Positions 28,440-39,413 are shown, counted from the stretch's first letter. The stretch is DNA of 64,000 nt from Chlorobiota bacterium (GCA_046290495.1 JBKAGT010000005.1:257550-321549); one strand, 5' to 3'. Notes: generated by a model from the letters alone, not told the origin. Numbers and translations: made by a program.

Positions 28440-28522
28440 GTGTATCAGACACTAAAATAGTAGTTAATACTTCATTGAAAAATTGAATAAAAAATTAAAA
28501 TTTTAATATAAATGGAGATGAA

Positions 28523-30067
28523 ATGGTAGATTACAAACCAATGGATTATTTGGATTTCAACGATCCTGAAATAGCAAGCAAACAAAAAGCTGAATTAGAT
28601 AAAGTAAAAGAACAATTAGGTAAAGAATACCCGAATATAATAGATGGTAAAGAAGTTTTTACTGATAAGAAAACTAAATCTTACAATCCTGGGAATAAAG
28701 ATGAAGTAGTTGGTATTTTCCAAAAGTCTGGAAAGGAAGATGCTGAAAAAGCAATATTGGCAGCAGAAAAAGCATTTGAGTCATGGAGATTTGTTCCTGC
28801 TAAAGAAAGAGCAGAGTATTTGTTCAAAGCAAGTGAAATAATCAAAAAGAGAAGATTAGAGATTAATGCATGGATGATAACAGAAGTAGGTAAAAACTAC
28901 TTAGAAGCTGATGCAGATACTTGTGAAGCAATTGATTTCTTGGAATTTTATGGAAGAGAAATGTTGAGACTTTCAGAAAATCAACCTCTTACAGGACACC
29001 CAGATGAAATCAATGAATATTTCTACATTCCACTTGGTGTTGGTATTGTAATTCCACCTTGGAACTTCCCTTTTGCAATTATGGTTGGTACAGTTGCTGC
29101 CTCATTTGTAACTGGTAATACTGTAGTGTTGAAACCTTCTTCAGATGCTCCAATGATGGCTAAAATATTTGATGAGATTATGAGAGAAGTAGGTTTGCAA
29201 GACGGTGTATTCAATTACTTGGTTGCTAGTGGAGCTGAAGCTGGTGATTATATGGTAGATCATCCTAAGACACGCTTCATATCATTCACTGGCTCTATGG
29301 AAGTAGGTACTAGAATATATGAGAGAGCTGCAAAAGTGAACTCTGGTCAGATATGGCTAAAAAGAGTAGTTGCTGAAATGGGTGGTAAAGATGCTATGCT
29401 GATAGACAGCGAGTGTGATGTAGATTATGCTGCTGGCGAAGTAGTAAAAGCGGCTTTCGGATTCCAAGGTCAAAAATGCTCTGCTTGCTCAAGAGCAATT
29501 GTTGATGAATCAATCTATGATGAGTTTGTAGAAAAACTAAAAGAAAAAGCTGAGAAAATTGAAATCGGTGATCCTAGAGATGATAAGGCTGCAGGTCCAG
29601 TTGTAAGTGAAAGTGCTTACAACTCAATTAAAGAATACATTGAAATTGGTAAATCGGAAGGAAAACTAATTCTTGGTGGTGATACACCAGATGCTGATAA
29701 GGGATACTATATCTCTCCAACTATCTTTGTTGATGTTCCTGAAGATGCAAGAATCGCGAAAGAAGAAATATTCGGTCCAGTTCTTTCCGTAATCAAATCT
29801 AAAAACTTCGATGATGGTGTTAGAATATTCAATGACACAATCTATGGATTGACTGGTGGTTTAATAACTGACAATCCTGAGAAATTAGAAAGAGGAAAGA
29901 AAGAGCTACACTGTGGTAATCTTTACTTAAACAGAAAATGTACTGGTGCATTAGTTGATGTTCACCCATTTGGTGGATTCAATATGAGTGGTACAGATAG
30001 TAAAGCAGGTAGCCGTGATTACTTACAATTATTCATGCAAGGTAAATCTGTTGCTACTAAAAAGTAA
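28523..30067 (+). CDS. rocA: L-glutamate gamma-semialdehyde (1-pyrroline-5-carboxylate) dehydrogenase, aldehyde dehydrogenase superfamily
   Basis: Aldehyde dehydrogenase catalytic motifs EMGGKDAMLID (Glu) and FGFQGQKCSACSR (Cys). The length (514 aa) and N-terminus resemble Bacillus-type RocA/PruA. Confidence 0.75.
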   Translation: MVDYKPMDYLDFNDPEIASKQKAELDKVKEQLGKEYPNIIDGKEVFTDKKTKSYNPGNKDEVVGIFQKSGKEDAEKAILAAEKAFESWRFVPAKERAEYLFKASEIIKKRRLEINAWMITEVGKNYLEADADTCEAIDFLEFYGREMLRLSENQPLTGHPDEINEYFYIPLGVGIVIPPWNFPFAIMVGTVAASFVTGNTVVLKPSSDAPMMAKIFDEIMREVGLQDGVFNYLVASGAEAGDYMVDHPKTRFISFTGSMEVGTRIYERAAKVNSGQIWLKRVVAEMGGKDAMLIDSECDVDYAAGEVVKAAFGFQGQKCSACSRAIVDESIYDEFVEKLKEKAEKIEIGDPRDDKAAGPVVSESAYNSIKEYIEIGKSEGKLILGGDTPDADKGYYISPTIFVDVPEDARIAKEEIFGPVLSVIKSKNFDDGVRIFNDTIYGLTGGLITDNPEKLERGKKELHCGNLYLNRKCTGALVDVHPFGGFNMSGTDSKAGSRDYLQLFMQGKSVATKK

Positions 30068-30091
30068 TTGACACTTTAAGTATATATACGA

Positions 30092-30124
30092 AAAGAGCTT
30101 CATTTTATATGAAGCTCTTTTTTG
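30092..30124 (+). terminator. Rho-independent terminator after rocA
   Basis: A 12-bp stem AAAGAGCTTCAT-tttat-ATGAAGCTCTTT followed by a T-run. Confidence 0.75.
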
Positions 30125-30173
30125 TGTTTTTCATTTTATTTTATATTTTGAATAGTAATATTCAACATAGAAA

Positions 30174-31424
30174 TTGTTTATCATGAGAAACTTAACTTTC
30201 ATTTTACTTTTTTTTGCTGTGGCAATAAATATGTACTCCCAACACTGGGAAGTTTACAACACGGAAAATACAGTCTTGACTTCGACAACATTTTCAGAAA
30301 TTGTTGTAGATGACAATAATGTAACTTGGATAGGAACAGGAGATGGATTAGCCAAAATAGAAAATGGTGAGCTTAGTTTATATAATAGTAGTAATTCTAT
30401 ATTACCAACCCAACAAGTAACTGATTTGTTTTTAGATAAAAGCAACTTGATTTGGATACTTTATGGAGATAGAATTTACAGAGGAAGAAATGGAAACTTT
30501 GAACTTTATAAATCAGATTTAGGTGGTAAAAAAATAGTAGTTGACTCTAAAGGTAATATTTATCTTGCTAATAAGTATAGCTTACTTAGATTAAAAGATA
30601 AAGTCATATTGGATACATTACATACTGCAAGTGAAAATCAAAGAGATTACATAGACCATTTAATTATTGACCATAATGATAACCTCTGGTTTCACTATAG
30701 TTTAGGTTATGAGGGCTTGATAAATATTGTTATGAATAAGAACCAAGGAGATAGTTATGATAAATATATACATAATGGCTTATCTTTAGTAATTGATATT
30801 GGTATCGATAGTTCTAATAACTTATGGGTGTCGGGAAGTAGATTTCTAACTTTGAAAAAACCGAAAGAAGAGAAGTGGATAGATATGTTGGATTCTTTCG
30901 AAATAGAGCGTGATCCAATTAAACATTTTAATTCAATTACTTTTGATGCTAATAATAACCTAATATTGGTTAATTCACATTTTCTTAATCCACCAGCAGA
31001 GCTACGTATCTTCGATGAAGGTTCATATAAATTATACACTTTCGATTCCCTCTATAAAAAGGATAAATTTATGGAATCTCAAAGAAATATATCTGTAGAT
31101 AAAAATGGAAATATCCTAATAGATGCATTCGAATATGGTTTATTCAGATTTGTAAATAACACAACCTCTGTAAACGAAAGCACTGATAATGGAATAAACA
31201 TCTTCCCCAACCCAGCACAGAATAAACTTCACATAAATACTGGTAACAAAATAGTACAATCTATATCCATATCAGATATACTCGGTAATGGGTTAATAGA
31301 TATAGACTATAACCATAATAATTCGAACACCTTAGATATTAGCACCTTAGCTACAGGTACTTATTTTATTAATGTTATGTTTGATGATGGTTCAAGCACA
31401 ATAAAGAAATTTGTAAAGGAGTAA
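30174..31424 (+). CDS. T9SS-sorted protein with two-component-regulator-propeller (Reg_prop)-like repeats
   Basis: Signal peptide. Repeated NVTWIGTGDGL / NLIWIL / NLWFHY / NLWVSG motifs typical of Reg_prop beta-propeller blades. T9SS-CTD tail (NIFPNPAQNKLHI...GTYFINVMFDDGSSTIKKFVKE). Confidence 0.55.
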   Translation: MFIMRNLTFILLFFAVAINMYSQHWEVYNTENTVLTSTTFSEIVVDDNNVTWIGTGDGLAKIENGELSLYNSSNSILPTQQVTDLFLDKSNLIWILYGDRIYRGRNGNFELYKSDLGGKKIVVDSKGNIYLANKYSLLRLKDKVILDTLHTASENQRDYIDHLIIDHNDNLWFHYSLGYEGLINIVMNKNQGDSYDKYIHNGLSLVIDIGIDSSNNLWVSGSRFLTLKKPKEEKWIDMLDSFEIERDPIKHFNSITFDANNNLILVNSHFLNPPAELRIFDEGSYKLYTFDSLYKKDKFMESQRNISVDKNGNILIDAFEYGLFRFVNNTTSVNESTDNGINIFPNPAQNKLHINTGNKIVQSISISDILGNGLIDIDYNHNNSNTLDISTLATGTYFINVMFDDGSSTIKKFVKE

Positions 31425-31440
31425 GTATTTCAATTACTGA

Positions 31441-33048
31441 CTACATCCTAAATACACCAAATTGATGATCATCTATATCATTGTTCAATGCTATAGATAT
31501 ATTCATTGCAATTACATTGCGAGTATCAACTAAGTCAATAATACCATCATCCCACAACCTAGCAGAGGAATAATAAGGTGTTGCCTGCTCTTCGTATTTT
31601 TCCAATATTGGTTGCTTAATATCTTGTATTTGTTCTTCAGTTAGCTTCTCACCTTTTCTTTCTAATTGCTTTACTTTAACAGAAGTAAGAACATTGGCAG
31701 CTTGTTCACCCCCCATAACTGAAATCTTTCCTGTTGGCCACATCCATAAGAAATTCGGGTCATATCCCCTACCGCACATTGCATAGTTACCAGCACCATA
31801 GCTACCACCAACAATCATAGTGAATTTTGGGACATTCGTATTAGCAACAGCGTGTACTAACTTAGCTCCGTCTCTAGCAATGCCACCATGTTCATACTTT
31901 TTACCAACCATAAAGCCAGTAATATTTTGAAGGAATAACAAAGGAATCTTTCTTACTGAACATAATTCAATAAAGTGTGCACCTTTTAAGCTCGATTCTG
32001 AGAATAGTACACCATTATTACCAATAATTCCTACAGGATAGCCCATTATTCTTGCAAAACCAGTTACTAAAGTCTTTCCGTAATTTTCTTTGAATTCTTG
32101 GAATCTACTACCATCAACTATTCGAGCAATAACTTCTTTTATATCGAATGGGGTTCTTATGTTTTTTGGAATTATACCATAAAGCTCATCAGAGTCATAA
32201 TATGGCTCCTCTATTCTGTCTCTTTTTATTTCATATTTACTTTGTTTTTCAAAGTTTTCAACTATATCCCTTACAATTCTGAGGGCATGCGAATCATTTT
32301 CAGCTAAGTGATCTGCCACTCCAGATATTTTCGTGTGTACATCTGCCCCACCTAATTCTTCCGAAGTTACCTCCTCACCTGTTGCTGCTTTCACAAGTGG
32401 CGGGCCACCAATGAATATAGTTGCCTGATTTCTTACCATCACAGTTTCATCACTCATAGCAGGTACGTAAGCACCACCTGCAGTACAAGATCCCATAACA
32501 CAAGCAATCTGAGGAATCTTCATCTTAGACATCTGAGCTTGATTATAGAAAATATTTCCAAAATGCTCCTTGTCTGCAAAAGTCTCAGATTGATAAGGTA
32601 AGAATATTCCACCAGAGTCAACCAAATAGATACAAGGAAGATTGTTCTTCATCGCTATTTGCTGAGCTCTTATGTGTTTTTTGATTGTCATAGGGAAATA
32701 TGTACCACCCTTCACGGTTGCGTCATTTGCCACAATCATACACTCCACACCTTTGATAATACCAATGCCTGTGACTACACCTGCAGAAGGTGCCATTCCA
32801 TCGTACATATCTGTAGCAGCAAAAGCTCCAACCTCTAAAAATGGCGTGTTTTTATCACATAATTCCTCTATTCTATCACGAACAAGTAACTTACCCCTAT
32901 CTAAGTGTTTTTGTCTATGATGTTCTGGACCACCCTTTTTTATTTCAGATAATCTCTTTCTGTACTCATCTACAATAGACTTATTATGGACATAATTTTC
33001 TTTAAAGTCAGGAGATGATGTTGAAATTTTACTTTTTATTCTATTCAT
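31441..33048 (-). CDS. Acyl-CoA carboxylase carboxyltransferase subunit (methylcrotonyl-CoA carboxylase beta-like)
   Basis: 535 aa. The N-terminal [22 protein letters not shown] and C-terminal [20 protein letters not shown]...[20 protein letters not shown] match the MCC/PCC beta family. Confidence 0.75.
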   Translation of the reverse strand: MNRIKSKISTSSPDFKENYVHNKSIVDEYRKRLSEIKKGGPEHHRQKHLDRGKLLVRDRIEELCDKNTPFLEVGAFAATDMYDGMAPSAGVVTGIGIIKGVECMIVANDATVKGGTYFPMTIKKHIRAQQIAMKNNLPCIYLVDSGGIFLPYQSETFADKEHFGNIFYNQAQMSKMKIPQIACVMGSCTAGGAYVPAMSDETVMVRNQATIFIGGPPLVKAATGEEVTSEELGGADVHTKISGVADHLAENDSHALRIVRDIVENFEKQSKYEIKRDRIEEPYYDSDELYGIIPKNIRTPFDIKEVIARIVDGSRFQEFKENYGKTLVTGFARIMGYPVGIIGNNGVLFSESSLKGAHFIELCSVRKIPLLFLQNITGFMVGKKYEHGGIARDGAKLVHAVANTNVPKFTMIVGGSYGAGNYAMCGRGYDPNFLWMWPTGKISVMGGEQAANVLTSVKVKQLERKGEKLTEEQIQDIKQPILEKYEEQATPYYSSARLWDDGIIDLVDTRNVIAMNISIALNNDIDDHQFGVFRM

Positions 33049-33053
33049 ATTTA

Positions 33054-34430
33054 TTATTCAAATGATTTTGCAAATTCGTCTAAAAATAATGTTGATGCCT
33101 TAATTCCACCAAAATAATGATTCAAATTAAACTTTTCGTTTGGAGAGTGAATATTATCACCTTCTAGTCCTAAACCCATTAACACAGCAGGAGCATTTAG
33201 TTCAGATTGGAACATTTCAACAATAGGTATAGAACCACCCTCACGCATGTTTACTGCTTTTAGTCCAAATGCCTTCTCTAAAGCTTCAGATGCGGCACTT
33301 ACGCCTGGACTATCTATAGCAGCTTCTACAGGATTTCCACCATGATGGCTATGAATTTCAATCTGCATATAGTCAGGAACTAAACTTTTTATGTGGTTGA
33401 TTGCTTTTTCTGTTACTGATTTCCAATCTTGATTAGGAACTAATCTCATTGATATTTTAGCAGTTGCAGTTGAAGGAATAATTGATTTATGCCCTTCGTC
33501 AGTATATCCACTAAACATTCCATTTACATCCAGAGTTGGTCTAGATGAAGCTCTTATTACAGTAGAATATCCTTCTTCACCTGTTAACCCAGACAAGCCA
33601 AGTTCTTTAGCATATTCATTTTCATCAAATGGCAATGATTCTAATGTCTTAGTCTCTTCTTCACTAAGCTCTTTCACGTCATCATAAAAACCTTGTATAG
33701 TCACTTTTCCTTTATCATCATGAAGTTTAGCAATTAGTTTTGATAATTCATTCGCAGGATTTGGAACTGCACCTCCATATTGTCCAGAATGCAAATCTCT
33801 ATTAGGACCTGTAAGAGTCAACTCGATAACAGCAATTCCTCTTAAGCTATAAACGATAGAAGGTATATCATTAGCAAACCAAGAAGTATCAGAAATCAAT
33901 ATAGTATCACAGCTGAGTTTATCTGTGTTTTTTGGTAAGAAATCCATCAATGCATTACTACCCGATTCCTCTTCTCCTTCGATAAGAAGCTTAACATTTA
34001 CAGGAAGTTTGCCGTTTGTTTTCAAATGTCCTTCTGCCCCTTTTACATGAGCAAATACTTGACCTTTGTCATCAGCTGTTCCTCTTCCATACAATTTGCC
34101 ATCTCTTATGGTAGGCTCAAATGGTGGTGAATCCCAAAGTTCAATCGGATCTTCAGGTTGTACGTCATAGTGCCCATAAATTAATACTGTAGGAGCATCT
34201 TCTCCAGCTTCTAACCACTCAGCATAAACAATAGGGTGACCATTTGTCTCTATTACTTCAACTTCATTAAATCCTGATGAAAGTATATTCTCTTTTAACC
34301 AATTCGCACAATCATTTACGTCTTTTTTATTTCTTTCTCTGGTAGATACAGAAGGAAATTTTAAAAATTCTATAAGTTGATTTAGATTTTGTTCTTCATT
34401 TTGTTCAAGTCTATTTAGTATATTTTCCAT
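33054..34430 (-). CDS. M20-family dipeptidase / metallohydrolase
   Basis: Metal-binding motif YGHYDVQP, motif GRGTADDKG and motif EGEEESGS. The M20 dimerisation region is present. Confidence 0.7.
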   Translation of the reverse strand: MENILNRLEQNEEQNLNQLIEFLKFPSVSTRERNKKDVNDCANWLKENILSSGFNEVEVIETNGHPIVYAEWLEAGEDAPTVLIYGHYDVQPEDPIELWDSPPFEPTIRDGKLYGRGTADDKGQVFAHVKGAEGHLKTNGKLPVNVKLLIEGEEESGSNALMDFLPKNTDKLSCDTILISDTSWFANDIPSIVYSLRGIAVIELTLTGPNRDLHSGQYGGAVPNPANELSKLIAKLHDDKGKVTIQGFYDDVKELSEEETKTLESLPFDENEYAKELGLSGLTGEEGYSTVIRASSRPTLDVNGMFSGYTDEGHKSIIPSTATAKISMRLVPNQDWKSVTEKAINHIKSLVPDYMQIEIHSHHGGNPVEAAIDSPGVSAASEALEKAFGLKAVNMREGGSIPIVEMFQSELNAPAVLMGLGLEGDNIHSPNEKFNLNHYFGGIKASTLFLDEFAKSFE

Positions 34431-34529
34431 TACTATCCTTATTTACTATTATAAATTTCCAATTCTTTCAAATTTACTAAATTTCACACACATAACAGTA
34501 TTCATATTTTGCTAGTTTTTTCATAAATT

Positions 34530-35345
34530 GTGTATATCAGAAACTTAAACAAGAATAAATTGTCCTATAAAACTATAAAGTATTGTGAATCTAATAAGAT
34601 AGCTAATATTACGTTGTCTAGACCTGAAGTACGAAATGCCATCAATTCTGAAATGATATCAGAATTAACCGATATCTTCGAACAAATTGAACTTAATGAT
34701 GATATCAGAGTAATTGTACTAACAGGTGAAGGTAAGACATTTTGCTCTGGAGCTGACTTAAATTGGCTTAGAGAAGTTAAAGATTATACTTACAAAGAAA
34801 ATTATTCTCAATCTTTAGAGTTGGTGAAACTTTTAAAGATTATTCACAATCATTACAAACCTGTTATATGTAAAGTTAACGGGTCTGCTGTAGGAGGTGG
34901 TGTCGGTCTTTTACTTGCTAGCGATATAGTAATTGCAGATTCAAACGCAAGTTATGGTCTTTCAGAAGTAGCTATAGGAGTAGTTCCAGCTGCAATAGTA
35001 CCATTTTTAATGTCTAGAATTAGTGAAGTTAAGGCAAGAGAGTACTTAATAACAGGTAAAAGATTAGATTCACAAACAGCAAAAGAACTGGGATTAATTA
35101 ATTATTTAGCGCAAGCCGATGAACTAAATAGCTTAACAGATGAGATAACCAATACTATTTGCAATAATGGTAGAATTGCCGTTTCAAAAGTTAAAGAAAT
35201 GATTAATAAGTTTAGTTCTGTTGATTTAAGTGAAAAAAATATTGAATATATATCAAATATAATTGCTAAACTCAGAACATCTGAAGAAGGACAGGAAGGA
35301 ATTAGTGCATTTTTAGAAAAAAGAAAACCAAATTGGATAGAATAA
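34530..35345 (+). CDS. Enoyl-CoA hydratase/isomerase family protein (methylglutaconyl-CoA hydratase candidate)
   Basis: Crotonase fold with oxyanion-hole region FCSGADLNWL and motif GSAVGGGVGL. Heads an operon with the biotin carboxylase and BCCP genes. Confidence 0.65.
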   Translation: MYIRNLNKNKLSYKTIKYCESNKIANITLSRPEVRNAINSEMISELTDIFEQIELNDDIRVIVLTGEGKTFCSGADLNWLREVKDYTYKENYSQSLELVKLLKIIHNHYKPVICKVNGSAVGGGVGLLLASDIVIADSNASYGLSEVAIGVVPAAIVPFLMSRISEVKAREYLITGKRLDSQTAKELGLINYLAQADELNSLTDEITNTICNNGRIAVSKVKEMINKFSSVDLSEKNIEYISNIIAKLRTSEEGQEGISAFLEKRKPNWIE

Positions 35346-35347
35346 AT

Positions 35348-36841
35348 ATGAATAAGAAAATTAAAAAGATTTTAATAGCTAACAGATCTGAAATTGCATG
35401 TAGGGTCATAAAGGCTGCTAAGGAATTAAATATTAAAACTGTAGCTATCTATTCCGAAATTGATAAAGATTCTTTGCATGTAAAATTAGCAGATGAGTCT
35501 ATTTTAGTTGGCCCTGCACCTGCCAACCAATCATATTTGGATCAAGAGAATGTTATAAATGCTGCGTTAAAAATGGGTGCAGATGCCATTCATCCAGGAT
35601 ACGGTTTTCTATCTGAAAATTATGAATTTAATGAAAAAGTCAGAGAAGCAGGTCTAACTTATATAGCGCCTAATATAGAGTCCATGAAACTAATGGGTTC
35701 AAAAACTGCTTCTAGAAAAACTATGATTGAAGCTGGTGTTCCAGTAATTGAAGGTTATCAAGACAATAGCTCTGATGTTAAGGCATTTAAGCAAAAAGCA
35801 ATAGAGATTGGATTTCCAGTATTAGTAAAGGCCTCAGCTGGTGGTGGTGGAAAAGGAATGAGAATAGTTAGAAGCGAAGAAGAATTTGAAGATGCATTTG
35901 CTTCATCTTCGAGAGAAGCCAAAAATGCATTTGGAGATTCTACTGTTTTTGTTGAGAAATATATTGAAAACCCAAGGCATATTGAATTTCAAGTTGCAGG
36001 AGATAAGCATGGGAATTATGTTCATTTATTTGAAAGAGAATGCTCAATACAGAGAAGGCATCAAAAAATAATTGAAGAAACACCATCTACAGCATTGGAC
36101 AATGATCTAAGAAATGAAATGGGTGAAGCTGCAGTTAATGCAGTGAAAGCAGTTGATTATGATAGTGTTGGAACTGTAGAATTCCTATTAGATAATAGCG
36201 GGAACTATTATTTTCTTGAAGTTAACACAAGAATTCAAGTAGAACATCCTATAACAGAAATGACAACTGGTATTGATTTGCTAAAATTACAAATCAAAAT
36301 TGCAGAAGGTGAAGAACTTCCATTTAAGCAAGAAGAATTGAGTCAACAAGGTCATTCAATCGAATGTAGAGTTTATGCTGAAGATGCTAGGAAAGATTTT
36401 ATACCAACTGGTGGAATTGTTTTATTTCACAAAGCGCCAGAAGGATTAGGTGTAAGGTATGATACGGGTATAATTACAGGCTCTGAAATATCATCTTACT
36501 ATGACCCAATAATGAGTAAAATAATAAGTTATGGGAGTACTAGAACTGAAGCTATTGAAAGAATGAAGATAGCTCTTAAAGATACAGTAATTTTAGGTGT
36601 GGTCACCTCCTTAGATTTTATACATGATGTTTTAGATACAGATGACTTTAGAAAAGGAAAAACATACACGAATTTTTTAGAAAATAATTCTCAATTATTC
36701 GAAAAAGATGATGATGACTATTTATTTGCTGCTTCATTTTTAACAGCTATTGAATCTGAAGAAATGAATGATAACACAGATAATATGACTAGACTTCCTT
36801 GGGAAATTATTGGTGAATGGGAAATTGGAGAATTGAAATGA
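35348..36841 (+). CDS. Biotin carboxylase subunit of an acyl-CoA carboxylase
   Basis: ATP-grasp biotin carboxylase motifs (KILIANRSEIACRVI, GYGFLSEN, KASAGGGGKGMR, EVNTRIQVEHPITE). No BCCP domain is attached. The start was moved to the ATG at 35348. Confidence 0.8.
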   Translation: MNKKIKKILIANRSEIACRVIKAAKELNIKTVAIYSEIDKDSLHVKLADESILVGPAPANQSYLDQENVINAALKMGADAIHPGYGFLSENYEFNEKVREAGLTYIAPNIESMKLMGSKTASRKTMIEAGVPVIEGYQDNSSDVKAFKQKAIEIGFPVLVKASAGGGGKGMRIVRSEEEFEDAFASSSREAKNAFGDSTVFVEKYIENPRHIEFQVAGDKHGNYVHLFERECSIQRRHQKIIEETPSTALDNDLRNEMGEAAVNAVKAVDYDSVGTVEFLLDNSGNYYFLEVNTRIQVEHPITEMTTGIDLLKLQIKIAEGEELPFKQEELSQQGHSIECRVYAEDARKDFIPTGGIVLFHKAPEGLGVRYDTGIITGSEISSYYDPIMSKIISYGSTRTEAIERMKIALKDTVILGVVTSLDFIHDVLDTDDFRKGKTYTNFLENNSQLFEKDDDDYLFAASFLTAIESEEMNDNTDNMTRLPWEIIGEWEIGELK

Positions 36842-37326
36842 TAATAAAATATAATAATGAATTACTAGAATTAGAAAGCAATCAAATTGATAATAATTAC
36901 ACTGTTAAAATAGACGATAATACCTTTAGTTTTAGAATTGTAAACAAAGAATCTAACAAGTTAGAATTAATTATTGATGATAATTCTGAAGAAGTTTATT
37001 ACACATCGCATAAGGATAAAATTTTCTTACATTTTAATGGTAAGCAACATATATTTCAGAAGGTTGAAAACGAATTAGAATTAGAAGGTTCAGAATTTTC
37101 TGAAAATGTTGAAAATATAATTCCACCTATGCCTGGAACAATAATTAAAGTCAACTTTGATATTGGTGACAATGTAAATGAAGGTGATGCTGTAGTTGTT
37201 GTGGAGGCAATGAAAATGGAAACAAATTTATACACACGTATTTCAGGTAAGGTCACTGAAGTTAATGTCAAAGAAGGTGATAGAGTTGATTCTGAAGACG
37301 TATTAGTAAAAATAGAAAAAGAGTAA
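36838..37326 (+). CDS. Biotin carboxyl carrier protein (biotinyl domain)
   Basis: A C-terminal biotinyl domain carries the EAMKME motif (biotinyl-lysine). The start overlaps the upstream stop in an ATGA arrangement. Confidence 0.7.
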   Translation: MIIKYNNELLELESNQIDNNYTVKIDDNTFSFRIVNKESNKLELIIDDNSEEVYYTSHKDKIFLHFNGKQHIFQKVENELELEGSEFSENVENIIPPMPGTIIKVNFDIGDNVNEGDAVVVVEAMKMETNLYTRISGKVTEVNVKEGDRVDSEDVLVKIEKE

Positions 37327-37330
37327 AAAA

Positions 37331-37358
37331 AAAGAGGAACTTAACTAGTTCCTCTTTT
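37331..37358. terminator. Bidirectional rho-independent terminator
   Basis: AAAGAGGAAC-ttaacta-GTTCCTCTTT flanked by an A9 run and a T-run. It lies between convergent genes. Confidence 0.7.
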
Positions 37359-37376
37359 ATTTATATTTATTTACAA

Positions 37377-38999
37377 TCACTTTATTCTACTTGAGACAAT
37401 CTCTAATATTTCATTCATTTTTTCTTTTGCTCTTTCAGAATAATTTTTAGCTTCTTTCTCTTTTTCTTCTTTATATTGTTGATCATTTATACTATCAAGA
37501 TTTATAATAACATTTCTATAAGCACCCCAAATTCCTACCTCTAAAGCTCTAGCACCTACTTCCAAATCAGAACGACTACTAAAATTCCCTATTCTAGCAA
37601 CTTCTACCAAATCATCCCAAATTCTATCTGCTGTTTTGATAGTCTTCATAGGGACTTCTATTGCTACTTTCATGCCTTCTTGCATTGCATTCTTTCTAAT
37701 TGCTATTTCCTCTTCAGTGTTCTGAGGCAATCTCATAGCTTCCATAAAATCACTAAAAGCATTAGTATCTGCATCGATGAGAGGAATAAGTTCTTCAGTA
37801 GTTTTTACTAAATTTGGTATAACTTTTCTCAATTGAGAATCATACTTTTCATATTTTCTAAAACCGAAAGTCAACCATGCTACCATATTACCTAGTCCTG
37901 CTCCCATAGCAGCTACTGCAGCAGAAACACTTCCACCACCAGGAGCAGATGTCCTTGCTGCAACTTCACCAACGAAATCTCTTACAGATAATGAAGCTAA
38001 TGGTTCATCTCTTTCTTGCCCTATTACATACTCAATTATTCTTTTCTCAGGTACAAAATTTTGAACTGAACTTAGACCTAACCTATCTATAACTAATTTT
38101 ATTTTTTGGCTTTCTTCTACTATGAATAAGTTTTCCTTCTCTATATAGTAATCAGCTGCCATCAACATAGCTTCTAAGGGAACTAAACCTACTATCTCAG
38201 AACCGGCAACACCTATATTCAACTTTTTAGCATCTTTTTTTGCTTCTTCATAAGCAATATGCATAGGTGTAACATGATAGTCATTCAAATTCATTGATAT
38301 TTGAGCAATGTTGTAATCATCAACTTGCCAGCCTAAACCTTTAGTTTCTTTTAGTCTGCCTGGTTCACCATCTCCCCTTCCAGCTTCTCTGAGATTTAAT
38401 GCTATCCTATGTGCTTGATTCCAAGTACCTAAAACATTAATATTATATGCAATAAGAAAGTTTCGAGCTCCCGTTGCAGTACAACCCCATTTGGGGTCAT
38501 ACTCTCCTGACCAATAGTCAGGTTCCCAACCATCTGACAATACTTTATCAGCCATTGCTTCATATTCACCTTTTCTTATATCAGGTAATTTCTTTCTATA
38601 GTCTTTATCTGATGAATGTTCATAAAGATACATAGATAACCCTAGCTCATCCGCAGCTCTTTTCGCAAACTTTTTTGATATCTCAACACACTCTTCCATA
38701 GTTACATTGGCTACAGGAACAAAAGGACAAACATCCATAGCACCCATTCTTGGGTGTTCTCCTGTCTGTTTTCTCATATCTATAAGTTCCTTAGCTGTTT
38801 TAGCTGCAGACAAAGCGCCTTCTATAATTGTATTTTCATCACCTACAAACGTATATACAGTCCTATTTGTGGAACTACCTGGATCAACATCTAGCAAAGT
38901 ACACCCTTCAACATTAATTATAGCATTTGATATTGCGTCAATAATGCTTTTATCTTTTCCTTCAGAAAAATTCGGTACACATTCTATTATTTTATTCAT
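37377..38999 (-). CDS. Bifunctional glutamate formimidoyltransferase / formimidoyl-tetrahydrofolate cyclodeaminase (FTCD-like)
   Basis: The N-terminus MNKIIECVPNFSEGKD is the formiminotransferase signature. The 540-aa length and a C-terminal helical cyclodeaminase-like region match a fused FTCD. Confidence 0.7.
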   Translation of the reverse strand: MNKIIECVPNFSEGKDKSIIDAISNAIINVEGCTLLDVDPGSSTNRTVYTFVGDENTIIEGALSAAKTAKELIDMRKQTGEHPRMGAMDVCPFVPVANVTMEECVEISKKFAKRAADELGLSMYLYEHSSDKDYRKKLPDIRKGEYEAMADKVLSDGWEPDYWSGEYDPKWGCTATGARNFLIAYNINVLGTWNQAHRIALNLREAGRGDGEPGRLKETKGLGWQVDDYNIAQISMNLNDYHVTPMHIAYEEAKKDAKKLNIGVAGSEIVGLVPLEAMLMAADYYIEKENLFIVEESQKIKLVIDRLGLSSVQNFVPEKRIIEYVIGQERDEPLASLSVRDFVGEVAARTSAPGGGSVSAAVAAMGAGLGNMVAWLTFGFRKYEKYDSQLRKVIPNLVKTTEELIPLIDADTNAFSDFMEAMRLPQNTEEEIAIRKNAMQEGMKVAIEVPMKTIKTADRIWDDLVEVARIGNFSSRSDLEVGARALEVGIWGAYRNVIINLDSINDQQYKEEKEKEAKNYSERAKEKMNEILEIVSSRIK

Positions 39000-39093
39000 A
39001 TTTTATCTTATCTTATGGTTTAGTAATTATTACAAAAATAATAAATTATAATTTTCATATTAAACACGATTTTAAATCTTTTGATTTTATTTT

Positions 39094-39411
39094 ATGGCTA
39101 AAGAAGTAAATATTTCAGATTTGTCAGATAATGATATATTATCTAAGACTATCACTAACAAGTATAATCAAGTTCTTTTAAAAAAAGGTACTGTTATACA
39201 AGTTGATTCACATATTAAAATACTCAAAACGTGGGGAATTGAGAAGGTATCAATAGAAACAGATTTATCTGAATCAAATGAAAACAATAACATAGAAATT
39301 GATGAAGATCTGATTGAAGCCGTAAAAGAAAGATTACAATGGGGTAACCTTAATAAGAATGAACAAATACTTTTTGATTTAATAGTTGCATCTAAATCTA
39401 ATCAGGTATAA
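39094..39411 (+). CDS. Small DUF3391-like domain protein (resembles the N-terminal domain normally found on HD-GYP proteins)
   Basis: 105 aa. The stretch LLKKGTVIQVDSHIKILKTWGIEKVSIETD matches the DUF3391 pattern (G.vit...i.kL...Gi..v.I). Confidence 0.4.
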   Translation: MAKEVNISDLSDNDILSKTITNKYNQVLLKKGTVIQVDSHIKILKTWGIEKVSIETDLSESNENNNIEIDEDLIEAVKERLQWGNLNKNEQILFDLIVASKSNQV

Positions 39412-39413
39412 TT

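Noticed and set aside
31441-33048. Interpreting the carboxyltransferase as a Na+-pumping decarboxylase subunit (methylmalonyl-/glutaconyl-CoA decarboxylase)
   Set aside because: An ATP-grasp biotin carboxylase gene is present in the divergent operon, and the beta subunit carries the MCC-type N-terminal motif. That favours a carboxylase.
38707-39051. 114-aa plus-strand ORF
   Set aside because: Lies entirely antisense within the FTCD gene. It has a low-complexity S/T/L-rich composition.
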